Origin: a virus
Virus record (IMG/VR): IMGVR_UViG_3300045120_000483
Location: 1-64,000 of that record
Reading direction: 5' to 3' (one strand)
Length of the DNA stretch: 64,000 bases
Made by a program: the position numbers and the translations under genes. Below are positions 9,515 through 19,668 of the stretch, piece after piece. The notes beneath the pieces were generated by a model. The model saw nothing but the letters and a program-made list of their open reading frames with translations. It had not been told where the DNA came from and did not search any database. Position 1 is the stretch's first letter. Each line of letters opens with the position of its first letter.

Positions 9515-10186
9515 ATGAAACTTTTAACAGAACTTACCCATGAAGTTGAATACCTGAAAGAAGGTAAGGAAGGCTCCCCCCAAAAGCTTTATATCCGGGG
9601 ACCTTTTGCAGAAGCTGAAGTCGGTAACCGCAACAAGCGTTGGTATCCTCTTCCTATTCTGGAACGGGAATTTAATCGTTATCAGACCGAAAACATCAGT
9701 AAAAACAACGCTTTGGGCGAACTGAATCATCCGGCCGGTCCCAATATCAACCTGGATAGGGTTGCCATCAAGATCACTGAGGCCAAACGGGATGGTAACA
9801 AGTTCATTGGCAAGGCCTTAGTCACTGAAACCCCCATGGGGGATATCGTGAAAGGTTTGATTAACTCCGGTGTTCAGTTGGGGGTTTCTACCCGGGCCCT
9901 GGGTTCTTTAAAATACAATTCCCGGACTGAACTGAATGAGGTCCAGGACGATCTTAAACTTCTGGCCGTTGATGTCGTCTCCGATCCCTCCTGCCCATCA
10001 GCTTATGTGAGCGGGCTCCATGAAGGGGCTGAATGGATTTTCAATCCTGCCCTGGGGTCCTGGGTCATTAATACAGTCGAAACCCACAAAAAGGTCATAA
10101 AAGAGGTTTCCCGAAAGAAAATTACCCAGATTCAGACCCGATTATTTGAAGAATTCCTCTCCTCTCTCAAAAATCCTAAATCATAA
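9515..10186 (+). CDS. gp21: Prohead protease
   Basis: ALGELNHP, GVSTRALGSL, DVVSDPS motifs of T4 gp21. Confidence 0.95.
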   Translation: MKLLTELTHEVEYLKEGKEGSPQKLYIRGPFAEAEVGNRNKRWYPLPILEREFNRYQTENISKNNALGELNHPAGPNINLDRVAIKITEAKRDGNKFIGKALVTETPMGDIVKGLINSGVQLGVSTRALGSLKYNSRTELNEVQDDLKLLAVDVVSDPSCPSAYVSGLHEGAEWIFNPALGSWVINTVETHKKVIKEVSRKKITQIQTRLFEEFLSSLKNPKS

Positions 10187-10219
10187 ATACATTCAACTAT
10201 CTAGAAGGACAGAAACTTA

Positions 10220-11368
10220 ATGGATAAAGAACTAATCAAGAAATTCGACAAGTTCATTGCTGAAAACGAACACGATTCCCTGGAAAACGCCGTTTCAGCG
10301 TTCGTTCAGACAGAGAAGTTGGATGAAACTGTCAAAGACGCTTTGATCGATCATATCAACACTTCCCTTGAAGAGGATGAAGTTGATGAATCAGCAGGCT
10401 CTGAGACCCTTCATGCCGGTTCGAAAGCCTATGACGATCCCAAGACCAAATTTGAGGTCATTACCGCCGCTATCGGGGCCATGGCCGCCGCAAAAGGCGA
10501 AGATTTGCCATTTTGGCAGGAAGCCCTAAAGCAGTCCATGGAAAACGGTAAAGGTCAGGGTATTCCGGACGGAGCAGCAGAGAAGAATAAGGCTACTATC
10601 AAGCCTCATGCTTCCGCCGCCGTAAAGGAAGCCACAAAGGAAGACCTGGGTAAGATTCTAGCGGAAGCAGAAGGTTTGACCCCCGAATTCAAGGCCAGGG
10701 CATCCACGCTCTTTGAAGCGGCTCTGGAAGCCCGAATTGTCCTGGAATCCACCCGTCTGGAAAGCGAATTTATTCAAAAGCTGGAAGAGGCCTCAGAGGG
10801 TATCCGGGCTGAATTGGTAGAAGGTCTGGATAAGTATCTGGATTGGGCCAAGGACGAATGGATGAAGGAAAATGAAGTCGCCATTCAATCTTCCCTAAAG
10901 TCTGAAATTGCGGAAGACGTAATCAACGGCCTTCGGGACCTTTTGACTGAAAATAACATTCATTTGAATGAGGAAGAAGTCGAAGTAGTCGATGCCATGG
11001 CGGCGAAGATCGATGAACTAGAATCCGCCCTGAATGATGCTATTTCTGCCAATGCAGAACTTCAAGAAGCTGTTGAAAACACTAAGAAAACTGAAGTAGT
11101 TAAGAAATTATCAGAGGGTTTAACCCAAATTGAAGCCGAAAAGCTTCAGACCCTTTCCGAAAACGTGGATTATGAAACTCTGGAAGACTTTTCTACCAAG
11201 GTTAAGACAATCAAGGAATCTCAGTTTGTGAAGGCCGCCAAGACTTCAAAGGTCGGGGAAGCTCTAGAACAGATTGACGAAGAGCGTCTTCCAACCAATC
11301 CAGAGACCTTTGTATCACCAGAAATGAAAGCTTACACACAAGCGATCAGTCGCAACATTGTAAAGTAA
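10220..11368 (+). CDS. gp22: Prohead scaffold/core protein
   Basis: LTPEFKARASTLFEAA and LDKYLDWAKDEWMKENEVAI; lies between gp21 and gp23. Confidence 0.93.
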   Translation: MDKELIKKFDKFIAENEHDSLENAVSAFVQTEKLDETVKDALIDHINTSLEEDEVDESAGSETLHAGSKAYDDPKTKFEVITAAIGAMAAAKGEDLPFWQEALKQSMENGKGQGIPDGAAEKNKATIKPHASAAVKEATKEDLGKILAEAEGLTPEFKARASTLFEAALEARIVLESTRLESEFIQKLEEASEGIRAELVEGLDKYLDWAKDEWMKENEVAIQSSLKSEIAEDVINGLRDLLTENNIHLNEEEVEVVDAMAAKIDELESALNDAISANAELQEAVENTKKTEVVKKLSEGLTQIEAEKLQTLSENVDYETLEDFSTKVKTIKESQFVKAAKTSKVGEALEQIDEERLPTNPETFVSPEMKAYTQAISRNIVK

Positions 11369-11375
11369 TACTTTC

Positions 11376-11383
11376 TATAAATA
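11376..11383 (+). promoter_or_regulatory. Late promoter TATAAATA
   Basis: Perfect T4 late consensus before gp23. Confidence 0.85.
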
Positions 11384-11424
11384 AGAAAAACAAGTCGTTG
11401 TAAAAACGGGAGAATTAAGATACC

Positions 11425-12837
11425 ATGACGAACAAGAAATATACTAATGACGAATTGATCACAAAGTGGATGCCGGTTCTAGAACATGCCGACCTTCCAC
11501 CGATTAAAGATTATCATCGTCGGGTGATTACAGCGACGTTGTTGGAAAACACCAGAGATGCCCTGGAAGTTACCAATCGCTATCAGCGTTTGACCCTTTT
11601 GGGAGAAGCGGCTCCGACCAACTCCATGGGAGCATCCTCTTCAACAGCCGGGGACGGTTCTCTTGATACGTTTGATCCGATCCTGATCTCCCTAATCCGA
11701 AGAGCCATGCCGAACCTTGTGGCTTACGATATCTGCGGCGTTCAGCAAATGAACGGTCCCACCGGACTAATCTTTGCTCTCCGCACCCGTTATGCAACTC
11801 AGTCTGGAGCGGAAGCTTATTATCTGGAAGCTAATTCCGGTCACTCCGCCAGAGGGGGTGCCAACGCCACCGCTGTGCAGGCTGGTTATTCCGCAGCTAA
11901 CGTTGTGGGTGGTCAGGCCGTAAACATCAATGCCAACTCCACGATTACAGGTATTCCGGGCGTTTCCAACAACGTCGGCGGAAACACCTATAACTTTGCG
12001 GGTGGTATGAGCCGAACTATTTCTGAAGGTTTGGGTGGTAATACCACTGCGATCTTCCCAGAAATGGCATTCTCCATTGAGAAGGTTTCCGTCACTGCGA
12101 TGGAAAGAGCTTTGAAGGCCGAATGGTCCATGGAAATGGCTCAGGACCTTAAGGCAATTCATGGTCTTGATGCCGAATCCCTTCTGTCCAATCTTCTTCA
12201 GACAGAATTGCTTGCGGAAATCAACAGAGAAGTTGTTCGAACCGTTAACGTAACGGCCGTCTCAGGTTCTCAGGTTGACGTTACCTCCGCCGGTACTTTC
12301 GACCTTGACGTTGATGCCAACGGTCGATGGATGATTGAAAAGTTCAAGGGCTTGCATTTCCAGCTTCAGCGTGAAGCCAACCAGATTGCAAAGGACACCC
12401 GTCGCGGGCGGGGCAACCTGATCATCTGTAGTTCTGACGTAGCTTCGGCTCTTCAGCAGACCGGTCAGTTGGACTACAAGACTGCCCTTACTGGTAACAG
12501 CCTGGAAGTCGATGATACTGGCAATACCTTTGTCGGTGTTTTGAACGGCCAATTTAAAGTTTTCATTGACCCTTACGCGATTGGTGCAAACTATATGACG
12601 GTCGGTTATAAGGGTAAGGACGCAATGGACGCCGGACTATTCTATTGTCCATACGTTCCGCTTCAGTTGTTGAAGGGTCAGAACCCCGATACGTTCCAAC
12701 CCAAACTGGGCTTTAAGACAAGATACGGTATGGTAGCGAATCCATTCTCTGATGGTTCAACTGCGGCCGGTACCGGTGCTCTTACTCAGGACTCTAACGT
12801 TTATTATCGGAGAACCATTGTAACACACATCGGCTAA
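11425..12837 (+). CDS. gp23: Major capsid protein
   Basis: DICGVQQMNGPTGLIFALR, AQDLKAIHGLDAE, FQPKLGFKTRYG. Confidence 0.98.
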   Translation: MTNKKYTNDELITKWMPVLEHADLPPIKDYHRRVITATLLENTRDALEVTNRYQRLTLLGEAAPTNSMGASSSTAGDGSLDTFDPILISLIRRAMPNLVAYDICGVQQMNGPTGLIFALRTRYATQSGAEAYYLEANSGHSARGGANATAVQAGYSAANVVGGQAVNINANSTITGIPGVSNNVGGNTYNFAGGMSRTISEGLGGNTTAIFPEMAFSIEKVSVTAMERALKAEWSMEMAQDLKAIHGLDAESLLSNLLQTELLAEINREVVRTVNVTAVSGSQVDVTSAGTFDLDVDANGRWMIEKFKGLHFQLQREANQIAKDTRRGRGNLIICSSDVASALQQTGQLDYKTALTGNSLEVDDTGNTFVGVLNGQFKVFIDPYAIGANYMTVGYKGKDAMDAGLFYCPYVPLQLLKGQNPDTFQPKLGFKTRYGMVANPFSDGSTAAGTGALTQDSNVYYRRTIVTHIG

Positions 12838-12888
12838 AAATGCTATTTTTTAGCTCTTGACAAGATAAGTCTTTTCATATAGACTTAG

Positions 12889-12920
12889 AATTTAGGGGAT
12901 CAAACTCCCCTAAATTTTTT
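12889..12920 (+). terminator. Rho-independent terminator after gp23
   Basis: AATTTAGGGGA-tcaaac-TCCCCTAAATT followed by T run. Confidence 0.8.
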
Positions 12921-12953
12921 GCCCAACATTTCAACCCAAGTTAGGATTTAAGA

Positions 12954-14321
12954 ATGACATTAAATGAAGTACGATCATTGATTCATGAAGGAAAATCTAT
13001 CTCCGAAATTGAAAAAATCATCAATGTCTCTAGATACCATATTGAACAACACATCAAACAACACAAAATCCCCTATCAAAAACAATCTACAACGGTCTCA
13101 GTTCTTTGCCCCGATCTCCCACACCTCAGGCAACTTATTGAGGTTGAAGGTAAACGATATCAAGACTGTGCAGAAATCTTTGGTGTTTCCCATTACAAAA
13201 TATGGAGATGGTGTGAAGCCAATAACATAAAAACCACTCACCAACCCCATATCAAGAAAGAAGCTCCTCCCATCGATACTCTCAAATCAGAGTATGAATC
13301 TGGTCTGACCTTTTTAGACCTGGGAAAAAAATATAATGTTTCAAATGTCACCGTTCGAAAATGGTTCAAGGAACATAACATTCCAATCCGCACTCATTCG
13401 GAAACTCAGAAAATTGGAAGAGTAAAGCTGGTCGAACGAACTGGTCAGACCTATTTTCCACCTGTTGATGGTTTCCAGCCTAAATGGACAAGTGCTGGGG
13501 AAACAGAAGTAAAAACCTTTCTGAATAATTTAGGGTTTGATTTCAAGAAAAGACGACTGAATAATGGTAAAATGGAAGTCGATCTTCTAGATGAAAATCT
13601 TAAGATTGGAGTGGAGTTTTGTGGTCTTCAATACCATCATGAAGGGCCCCCAAACTTTCGTACCCGAACCTACCATTATGAAAAGTGGAAAAATTGTCAG
13701 GATCAGGGAATCCGTCTGTTCACAATCTTTGATCATGAATGGGAAAAGAGAAAACCACAAATTCAAAATTTCCTGAAGTCCTCTTTAGGGAAATTCGAAC
13801 GTCGGTTCTATGCCAAAGACCTAGAAGTACGGACTTGTGAAGACACCAGCTTTCTTACAAATTATCACATCCAAGGTGCTCCGAATGTCCAAGAAATGTT
13901 CGGACTCTATACCAAGGAAGAAGAGTTAATGGGCGTAGTTGCCTTTGGTAGACACCCCCGTATTTCCACAATGACTGTGCTAAACAGGCTTTGCTTCAAA
14001 CCAGAAGTTCAAATTGTAGGGGGAGCCTCTAAACTAATTCAAAACGCCCTTACCCGAATGAACACACCCGAAATAATCACTTGGTCGGATAATCGCTGGT
14101 CAACCGGTGGAGTATATCAAAACTGTGGTTTTACCAAAGAGAAAGACCTAGGACCCGACTACTTCTATGTCAAAAACGGGGACAAAGTAAAATCCAAACA
14201 ATCCATGAAAAAGGGATTGATTGGATGTCCTCCAGATATCACTGAAAGGGAGTTTCTATTCAATCAAGGTTGGTACAGAGTTTGGGATTGTGGAAAAATT
14301 CGGTGGCGTTTGATCAAGTAA
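12954..14321 (+). mobile_element. Hef-like homing endonuclease
   Basis: N-terminal HTH repeats; EVD..IGVEFCGLQYH nuclease motif; GGASKL, WSDNRWSTG, VWDCG C-terminal motifs. Confidence 0.8.
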
Positions 14322-14334
14322 TCGCCCTGGAAGA

Positions 14335-14571
14335 TTACTGCTTCAGAATAACTTCCACTCCGGTCGGAACATCCCAACCGGCTATTAAATCTCTCACATA
14401 TGCCTCATCGGTCGCCAAATTACTCCGACTATAGCTATCCCCACCATCCTCTAGAACGATAACAGAATACCTCCCAACCAGACACAGACGATCCTTTCTG
14501 TCTACTATCAGAAAGGGATATTTCGACCGATCAGGTTTCTTTTCGGCATGTAAATTGATCTTAATTTCCAT
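14335..14571 (-). CDS. Hypothetical, paralog of 15079-15330
   Basis: Shared KYP(F/Y)L..DR..LCLVG(R/K)Y; start set at MEIKIN. Confidence 0.65.
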   Translation of the reverse strand: MEIKINLHAEKKPDRSKYPFLIVDRKDRLCLVGRYSVIVLEDGGDSYSRSNLATDEAYVRDLIAGWDVPTGVEVILKQ

Positions 14572-14885
14572 CACAGTTCCTCCCATTTCTCTTCAATGAT
14601 ATCTGCTATTTCGTCAAATGTGAAGCCATTATCATTCAGGGATACTAAAGCATCATCATCAAATCTACCGGTACGATTTTTAGGTTTCATTCCGGCTAGT
14701 TCAACGGCCTCCGAAGAAAGATACTTCCGTCTTGTATTATTCTTATTATCAACTGGTAACCCCAGGACGACGTGTAACCGTCCCAGGCAACAATAACCCC
14801 CCTCCATATCCTGTAGGTAACCTCTTCCCTGCTTGGGGCCGCTTCGAAGGTCTGCAATCCACTTGTCTGCTATTTCTTTCTTCAT
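14571..14885 (-). CDS. MKKEIAD-family protein, copy 1
   Basis: MKKEIADKWIADLRSGPKQ..GYCCLGRL..ND.G.TF.EIAD.IE..WEEL. Confidence 0.75.
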   Translation of the reverse strand: MKKEIADKWIADLRSGPKQGRGYLQDMEGGYCCLGRLHVVLGLPVDNKNNTRRKYLSSEAVELAGMKPKNRTGRFDDDALVSLNDNGFTFDEIADIIEEKWEEL

Positions 14886-15082
14886 GTAAAAGCGTGCCAT
14901 CCCATTCCATCTTCAAAGGCCCAACCTAGCTCTTCCAGCCGCCGACAGTCCTTCTCCGACATTTCCCCTTTCTCAACGGGACCGCACCAGAACTCATCAT
15001 GAGCCGCCGAAGTACAATAATCATCTTCATCCAGATATTTGCCTAGGATCGACAAACCCTCTGAAAATGCTCCGAAATTCAT
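14882..15082 (-). CDS. Conserved phage hypothetical
   Basis: Overlap-coupled to neighbours; SAAHDEFW..RLEELGW. Confidence 0.65.
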   Translation of the reverse strand: MNFGAFSEGLSILGKYLDEDDYCTSAAHDEFWCGPVEKGEMSEKDCRRLEELGWAFEDGMGWHAFT

Positions 15083-15330
15083 TGACTTAACCTCACCGTT
15101 ATGCCGACCGGAACCCTCCAGAATCGCGCTACATTCTGGACAAAATCCTCCCTAGCAACAGAGGGGTAGCCTGCCATAGAGTACCCGTTCCCATTTGCCT
15201 TCTCATCCAGAATAATGATAGCATACTTCCCGACCAGACAAAGCTGATTAGAACGATCATAGGCCAGATAGGGATACTTCCGGGGGGCGTCTACAGATGG
15301 GTTTTGTTCAATTTCTATCTTCATGGTCAT
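15079..15330 (-). CDS. Hypothetical, paralog of 14335-14571
   Basis: Shared KYP.L..DR..LCLVG.Y motif. Confidence 0.65.
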   Translation of the reverse strand: MTMKIEIEQNPSVDAPRKYPYLAYDRSNQLCLVGKYAIIILDEKANGNGYSMAGYPSVAREDFVQNVARFWRVPVGITVRLSQ

Positions 15331-15663
15331 TTCTCCTTCTTTTGAGATTTAATCTTTTTCAGCACATCACTATAAGTCCAAGCGATCTCTGGTTCTAAGT
15401 GATAAGACTCCCTTGAAATTTCATTCAGAATCGGAGGATACTCAAACCACCAATTTATCCACCAATTACCCCTTACAATGTAATGATTAGTTACCCATGA
15501 AAACGGAATATCATGGGCCTTCAGGAACCGGGCCAGAAGACAATCCCTTCGGAGAAGCATACTTATACTCCGAAGGCGGACAACTTCGAACCCACGTTTC
15601 TAGGTTCTCCACAGTCATCAATTTTTCAAGCTTTTTTACCCAGATTTTCTTCCACCATCCCAT
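15327..15663 (-). pseudogene. Frameshifted paralog of the repeat domain of 16052-16723
   Basis: ATG at 15663 gives KLEKLMTVENLETWV..YKYASPK; the continuation DCLLARFLKAH is in the +1 frame (one extra G in AAGGGATTG near 15545). Confidence 0.7.
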
Positions 15664-16055
15664 CACAGGACCTCCCATTTCTCCCGAATGACTTGAGCAA
15701 TCTCCCTCAGGGGCATTCCGACATCATTCAGGGCCGCCAAAGACATCCAATATTCTCCCTTATAAAGAACCTCCGTTTTGTCCTGAAATAGCCCGATATC
15801 TGATTTCATCCCCAACAAATCCCGGGTTTCATGATCAAGCCACCGGGTCTGAAGACTGAACTCCTTTGTCACCGGATCATAGGGGGTAAGTTCATGAAGG
15901 CTGTTTTTCCTTTTGAATTTATTACCCAGCATGGCGTGGGCATGGCCCAGACAACACCGCGCCCTTCCATCGGGGGCACACAACATCCCCTTGGCTTGCC
16001 TCAGATTCGGATTCTCCAGATAAGTAGCCCATCGCATCGCCCATTGCTTATTCAT
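15663..16055 (-). CDS. Diverged MKKEIAD-family protein
   Basis: W...L....Q, CCLG, LAALND.G....EIA..I..KWEVL. Confidence 0.7.
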   Translation of the reverse strand: MNKQWAMRWATYLENPNLRQAKGMLCAPDGRARCCLGHAHAMLGNKFKRKNSLHELTPYDPVTKEFSLQTRWLDHETRDLLGMKSDIGLFQDKTEVLYKGEYWMSLAALNDVGMPLREIAQVIREKWEVL

Positions 16056-16723
16056 GAATATTTCTCCCTGAGTTGTGGATAAGTTAGTAGCAAAAGAGCA
16101 TTTCCATATGTGTGACCCAACGCATTATTTGATATCTTGTCCAAAATTTTCGGATACGTGAAATTTTCTTTATGCATAGGGGCATTGACTACCGTTCGAA
16201 CCGTCTGAGAATCAACATAAAATTTATGACCATGAGCCATCAGAAACCGGGATAAAAGACAACTCCGACCATCGATATAGCTATAATCTGTCCGGGGGTT
16301 CTGGGTCAGCAGCCATGCCTTCAGGTTCTCCACCGTCATGAGCTTTTCCAGCTTGTCATGAAGAGTTTCTTCCTTGATCTGTCTAATATGGCCCCGATAA
16401 TGCCTCTCAATGTACTTGATGGCATTACCATATGTTCTATGGGAAGCTCTTTCATGAGCATTTTGATGAGTTGTTCCTATTTCCCAACACCTATTACTAA
16501 TCCTATCCAACTCCCGGGGTATCGAAAAATAAACCCCCTCAGTTGTGTACCCAAAAGCAGGCCCCACATTGCTAATATTAACGCCGTTGGTCTTCAGGTA
16601 TCGGGTCAACAAACAACATCCACAAACACAACTATATCTCCGATTGGGAGACTTCTGCCTCTTCAGCCACGCATAAAGATTTGGAATGGTCAGAAGGGCT
16701 TCAATTTCTTGGGTATTCATCAC
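16052..16723 (-). CDS. Hypothetical with internal two-domain duplication
   Basis: L.T..NL.AWL..Q..CLL.R.L..TYGNA occurs twice. Confidence 0.7.
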   Translation of the reverse strand: MMNTQEIEALLTIPNLYAWLKRQKSPNRRYSCVCGCCLLTRYLKTNGVNISNVGPAFGYTTEGVYFSIPRELDRISNRCWEIGTTHQNAHERASHRTYGNAIKYIERHYRGHIRQIKEETLHDKLEKLMTVENLKAWLLTQNPRTDYSYIDGRSCLLSRFLMAHGHKFYVDSQTVRTVVNAPMHKENFTYPKILDKISNNALGHTYGNALLLLTYPQLREKYS

Positions 16724-17025
16724 AATCTCTCCCAGTTCTCTTCGATGATATCTGCTATTTCTTCGAAGGTCAGACCTTCATCGTTGAATTGAGACAGACA
16801 AAACCCCCCATTACTATCACCAAAATAACCGGTGGAAGTTTTCACCCCGCTCAATTCCATGGCTTCAGCGGACAAATATCGATATCCATATGTCGAAAGT
16901 CCCAGGACGACATGCAACCGCCCCAGACAACAGTATCCTTTTTCATCGTCCCCCAAACGACCCGTTCTCTGCTTGGGGCCGCTTCGAAGGTCTGCGATCC
17001 ACATATCTGCTATTTCTTTTTTCAT
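16720..17025 (-). CDS. MKKEIAD-family protein, copy 2
   Basis: Same motifs as copy 1. Confidence 0.75.
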   Translation of the reverse strand: MKKEIADMWIADLRSGPKQRTGRLGDDEKGYCCLGRLHVVLGLSTYGYRYLSAEAMELSGVKTSTGYFGDSNGGFCLSQFNDEGLTFEEIADIIEENWERL

Positions 17026-17028
17026 TTC

Positions 17029-17265
17029 TCACCCTTTCCATAATACTGCGTTTGATACCCACCGCTCCCGGGCGACATCACTTACTTCCCAGGCAACTCT
17101 TGTCTTGTCCTTATCCAGATCAAAATCCACTACCAGCAACCGGATTCCTTCCCAACCCTTCATTTTAACAATGTCCCCAATCTGGAATTTATTGCGGCGG
17201 GGCGGAGGAGTGTTTAGGGAAACCGGGGGATTCGGAGGAGGTGTTTTGTTATCAGATGCCAACAT
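17029..17265 (-). CDS. Small SH3/KOW-like protein
   Basis: KFQIGDIVKMK motif. Confidence 0.55.
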   Translation of the reverse strand: MLASDNKTPPPNPPVSLNTPPPRRNKFQIGDIVKMKGWEGIRLLVVDFDLDKDKTRVAWEVSDVARERWVSNAVLWKG

Positions 17266-17268
17266 GTT

Positions 17269-17577
17269 TCATCCCCAGGTAACTACACCCGTCTCCGCAA
17301 TCTTCCGAAGGGTTCGAACGGCCATCTCTCTGGTAATGTCCGATAAACGAAGTCCATTATCAGGAGCTAAAAAAAGAATGTCCCCTTGATAAGTGTCAAA
17401 ATCTAGCAATGGGTTAATATCCCTGGAATAAACGAAACCCTTGTTTTCTTCATATGCCGGAAGAAACAGGCGGGCGGCATAATCCAATAGACACGTTTCA
17501 TGTCGTGCCATATTAAATGGATAATCAGTTCGGGCCTCAACGAAATCCGCAAAACGAAGAAGACGTTCCTTGTTCAT
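17269..17577 (-). CDS. Hypothetical
   Basis: Start MNKERLL coupled to the upstream stop; ends T..MAV.TLR..AETG.V.W. Confidence 0.65.
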   Translation of the reverse strand: MNKERLLRFADFVEARTDYPFNMARHETCLLDYAARLFLPAYEENKGFVYSRDINPLLDFDTYQGDILFLAPDNGLRLSDITREMAVRTLRKIAETGVVTWG

Positions 17578-17888
17578 AGTTCCTCCCAAAAATATTCGAT
17601 CAGGTCCGCAATTTGGTCGAAAGTCAGGCCCGAATCATTAACGGACGCCAAATGATCCTGATACAAATCAAACGGGGACCCGAAGTTTCCCATCGTTGAA
17701 CTCATACCAGCCGCGATCATATGTTCTTCCGAAAGAAAAGCAGAAACCGGCATGAAATCCATATTCAAGACAACACAGAGTCGTCCCAAACAACAATATC
17801 CTTTTTCATCGTCTCCCAAAGCATTTTTTCCCTGCTTGGGGCCGCTTCGAAGGTCTGCAACCCACTTATCTGCTATTTCTTTCTTCAT
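17574..17888 (-). CDS. MKKEIAD-family protein, copy 3
   Basis: Same motifs as copy 1. Confidence 0.75.
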   Translation of the reverse strand: MKKEIADKWVADLRSGPKQGKNALGDDEKGYCCLGRLCVVLNMDFMPVSAFLSEEHMIAAGMSSTMGNFGSPFDLYQDHLASVNDSGLTFDQIADLIEYFWEEL

Positions 17889-17897
17889 AAGAAATCC

Positions 17898-18368
17898 TCA
17901 AAAGTCGTATTGTTTGTTCATCGTCTTTTTGAAGGCCACAAATTCCCGAATTCGTCGGGCCGCGTATCTTTCCGACTTGGCACCTTTGCGATATTTGTGC
18001 GGATAAAACAGGGGAAGAAACAAATAATCTGCTTCCTCTTCCGTCAGACCAAAAAACTCCTTGGCGGCTTCAAAACCATCAAACGTATCCCAACCGTTGT
18101 CATAGACGATTTCAAACACATTATCAAAATCCTCATTCTTTTTGATCTTAACTCCTTCCTTTTCGAAGATACCGGAGAGAACCATGGACCCCCAGGCACA
18201 AGCCGTCGTACCGCATGAGTTTTCGGGTTCCTCTTCCTTAGAGAGAATCCAATTATGCATATCAAATTTATTGCTCTTAGGATTTTTAGAATTCTTGATC
18301 AAGAGAGCCGCCCCCTTCAGAAGCCGGGGACCATGAAGATAAACATCGAACGTATAGTTAGCCATCAT
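17898..18368 (-). CDS. Phage hypothetical (FDM..W..CGTTAC..G type)
   Basis: Strong SD AAGGAGG; first gene after the sigma70-type promoter. Confidence 0.7.
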   Translation of the reverse strand: MMANYTFDVYLHGPRLLKGAALLIKNSKNPKSNKFDMHNWILSKEEEPENSCGTTACAWGSMVLSGIFEKEGVKIKKNEDFDNVFEIVYDNGWDTFDGFEAAKEFFGLTEEEADYLFLPLFYPHKYRKGAKSERYAARRIREFVAFKKTMNKQYDF

Positions 18369-18397
18369 AAACCTCCTTCATTTCGTTCATAAATCAG

Positions 18398-18426
18398 ACT
18401 GTAAGTGATAAGAGAGAACATGTCAA
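18398..18426 (-). promoter_or_regulatory. Sigma70-type early promoter
   Basis: TTGACA-17-TACAGT. Confidence 0.7.
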
Positions 18427-18460
18427 GACGTATTTTCGAAATAAAAATGACAGAATGGGG

Positions 18461-18486
18461 GAAGAGGGGGAGTTACCCCCTCTTTC
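18461..18486. terminator. Hairpin after DUF932-like gene
   Basis: GAAGAGGGGG-agtta-CCCCCTCTTT. Confidence 0.55.
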
Positions 18487-18492
18487 GGTCCT

Positions 18493-19608
18493 TTACCGGG
18501 GCCGCAAGGGCTGCTTAAGTAGGTCATTGATGTACTTGCTATCCTGGGTCTTTTCGCTGACGGCCTTCAGCAATTCACCATCCGTCATGGCATAAAGAAC
18601 CTGAACAGCTTCCGCCTTCATTTTCGCCCCGGTGCCGAACTGAGTGGCGTAGAGGCGGGCCTCTTGCTCTCCATAACCGGTATCCCGGGTACCCCGGTCA
18701 TGATCGACATAGCGGGTCGCGGCATTCAACGCCGTCCAGACCGTTCCGGTCTCCGTCCCTTCCACGACGGTCGCCTTGTAAGCTGCATTAAGCATTTCAA
18801 ACTGGTTCACCTTCCGGGTGCCGACCTCCGAAGCGGGCGTGTCAAAGGGAATATCCAGGAGGGTCTTGAAGAACTTGGAGACCTGATCCTTGGAGAAATG
18901 GGTTTGCGACATGGCGTCCCCCATCGCTTTGAAGTTGGCGAAACCTTTAATGATTTCAGCCAGTTCCTTACCAACAGCTTCGGCGTTGAAGTTGGTGTTG
19001 TGACGGGTCTTGACGATGCCACCCTTACCGGCCAGAGCGGCAGAGAGGGTATTTCGGCAAACCACCCGAACCACCGTCGCCATATTGACGGTAGCGGCCG
19101 TCTGATCGAAAGAGGTCGTCATCAACAAACGGGCCCGGTGGGCATCTCCCCCGACCGTATAATCCGTCCCGTCATCAAAAACAGCCGTCGCCCAAATCTG
19201 CTTACCGCCCCGGAGATTTCCGGCAACATCAAGCTTGAAGCGGGAATCGACGCTGATATAATCATCAAAAAATTCCAGCGTCTCAATGGGCTGGACCGGC
19301 TTATAGGAGTCGGTGGCATATCCCAGGCAAAAACCGGTATCGCCCCGGACGATATGCTTCTGACCGTCCACAAGAAGCAGACCGTCCGCCAGCTTGTTGG
19401 CCAGAGTGGTTTCCAACTGCGTACCGCGAAGGTCCGCATAGGCCGGGACCAGAAGAGCCGTCCAATCCAGACCAGAGGCCCGGGCCCAATCCTCAATGGA
19501 CATGCCCTCTTGCATTTGCTGGCCCAGCTTGTGCCAGATGTCCTTGCGATCTCCCAGGAAAGCGATTGCGTTCCGGCCGTCCGCCGTCGTTGCGATATTG
19601 TGCGACAT
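18493..19608 (-). CDS. DUF932/DUF945 (TIGR03299-like) protein
   Basis: WHKLG, SGLDW, YKPVQ, VRVVCRNTL, TVWTALNAATRYVDH; start set after SD GGAGG; visibly GC-richer; TTGACA at 19667-19672. Confidence 0.8.
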   Translation of the reverse strand: MSHNIATTADGRNAIAFLGDRKDIWHKLGQQMQEGMSIEDWARASGLDWTALLVPAYADLRGTQLETTLANKLADGLLLVDGQKHIVRGDTGFCLGYATDSYKPVQPIETLEFFDDYISVDSRFKLDVAGNLRGGKQIWATAVFDDGTDYTVGGDAHRARLLMTTSFDQTAATVNMATVVRVVCRNTLSAALAGKGGIVKTRHNTNFNAEAVGKELAEIIKGFANFKAMGDAMSQTHFSKDQVSKFFKTLLDIPFDTPASEVGTRKVNQFEMLNAAYKATVVEGTETGTVWTALNAATRYVDHDRGTRDTGYGEQEARLYATQFGTGAKMKAEAVQVLYAMTDGELLKAVSEKTQDSKYINDLLKQPLRPR

Positions 19609-19668
19609 TTCATAATCCTCCGTTTCTGTGGAACTGATGATTATGTATCGCACTTTAGGACTAAGATG

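Noticed and set aside
14571-17888. 27-bp identical repeats as a CRISPR array or DGR template/variable repeats
   Set aside because: They are 5' ends of paralogous CDSs 0.9-2.1 kb apart; no spacer periodicity, no adenine-specific variation, no reverse transcriptase in the window
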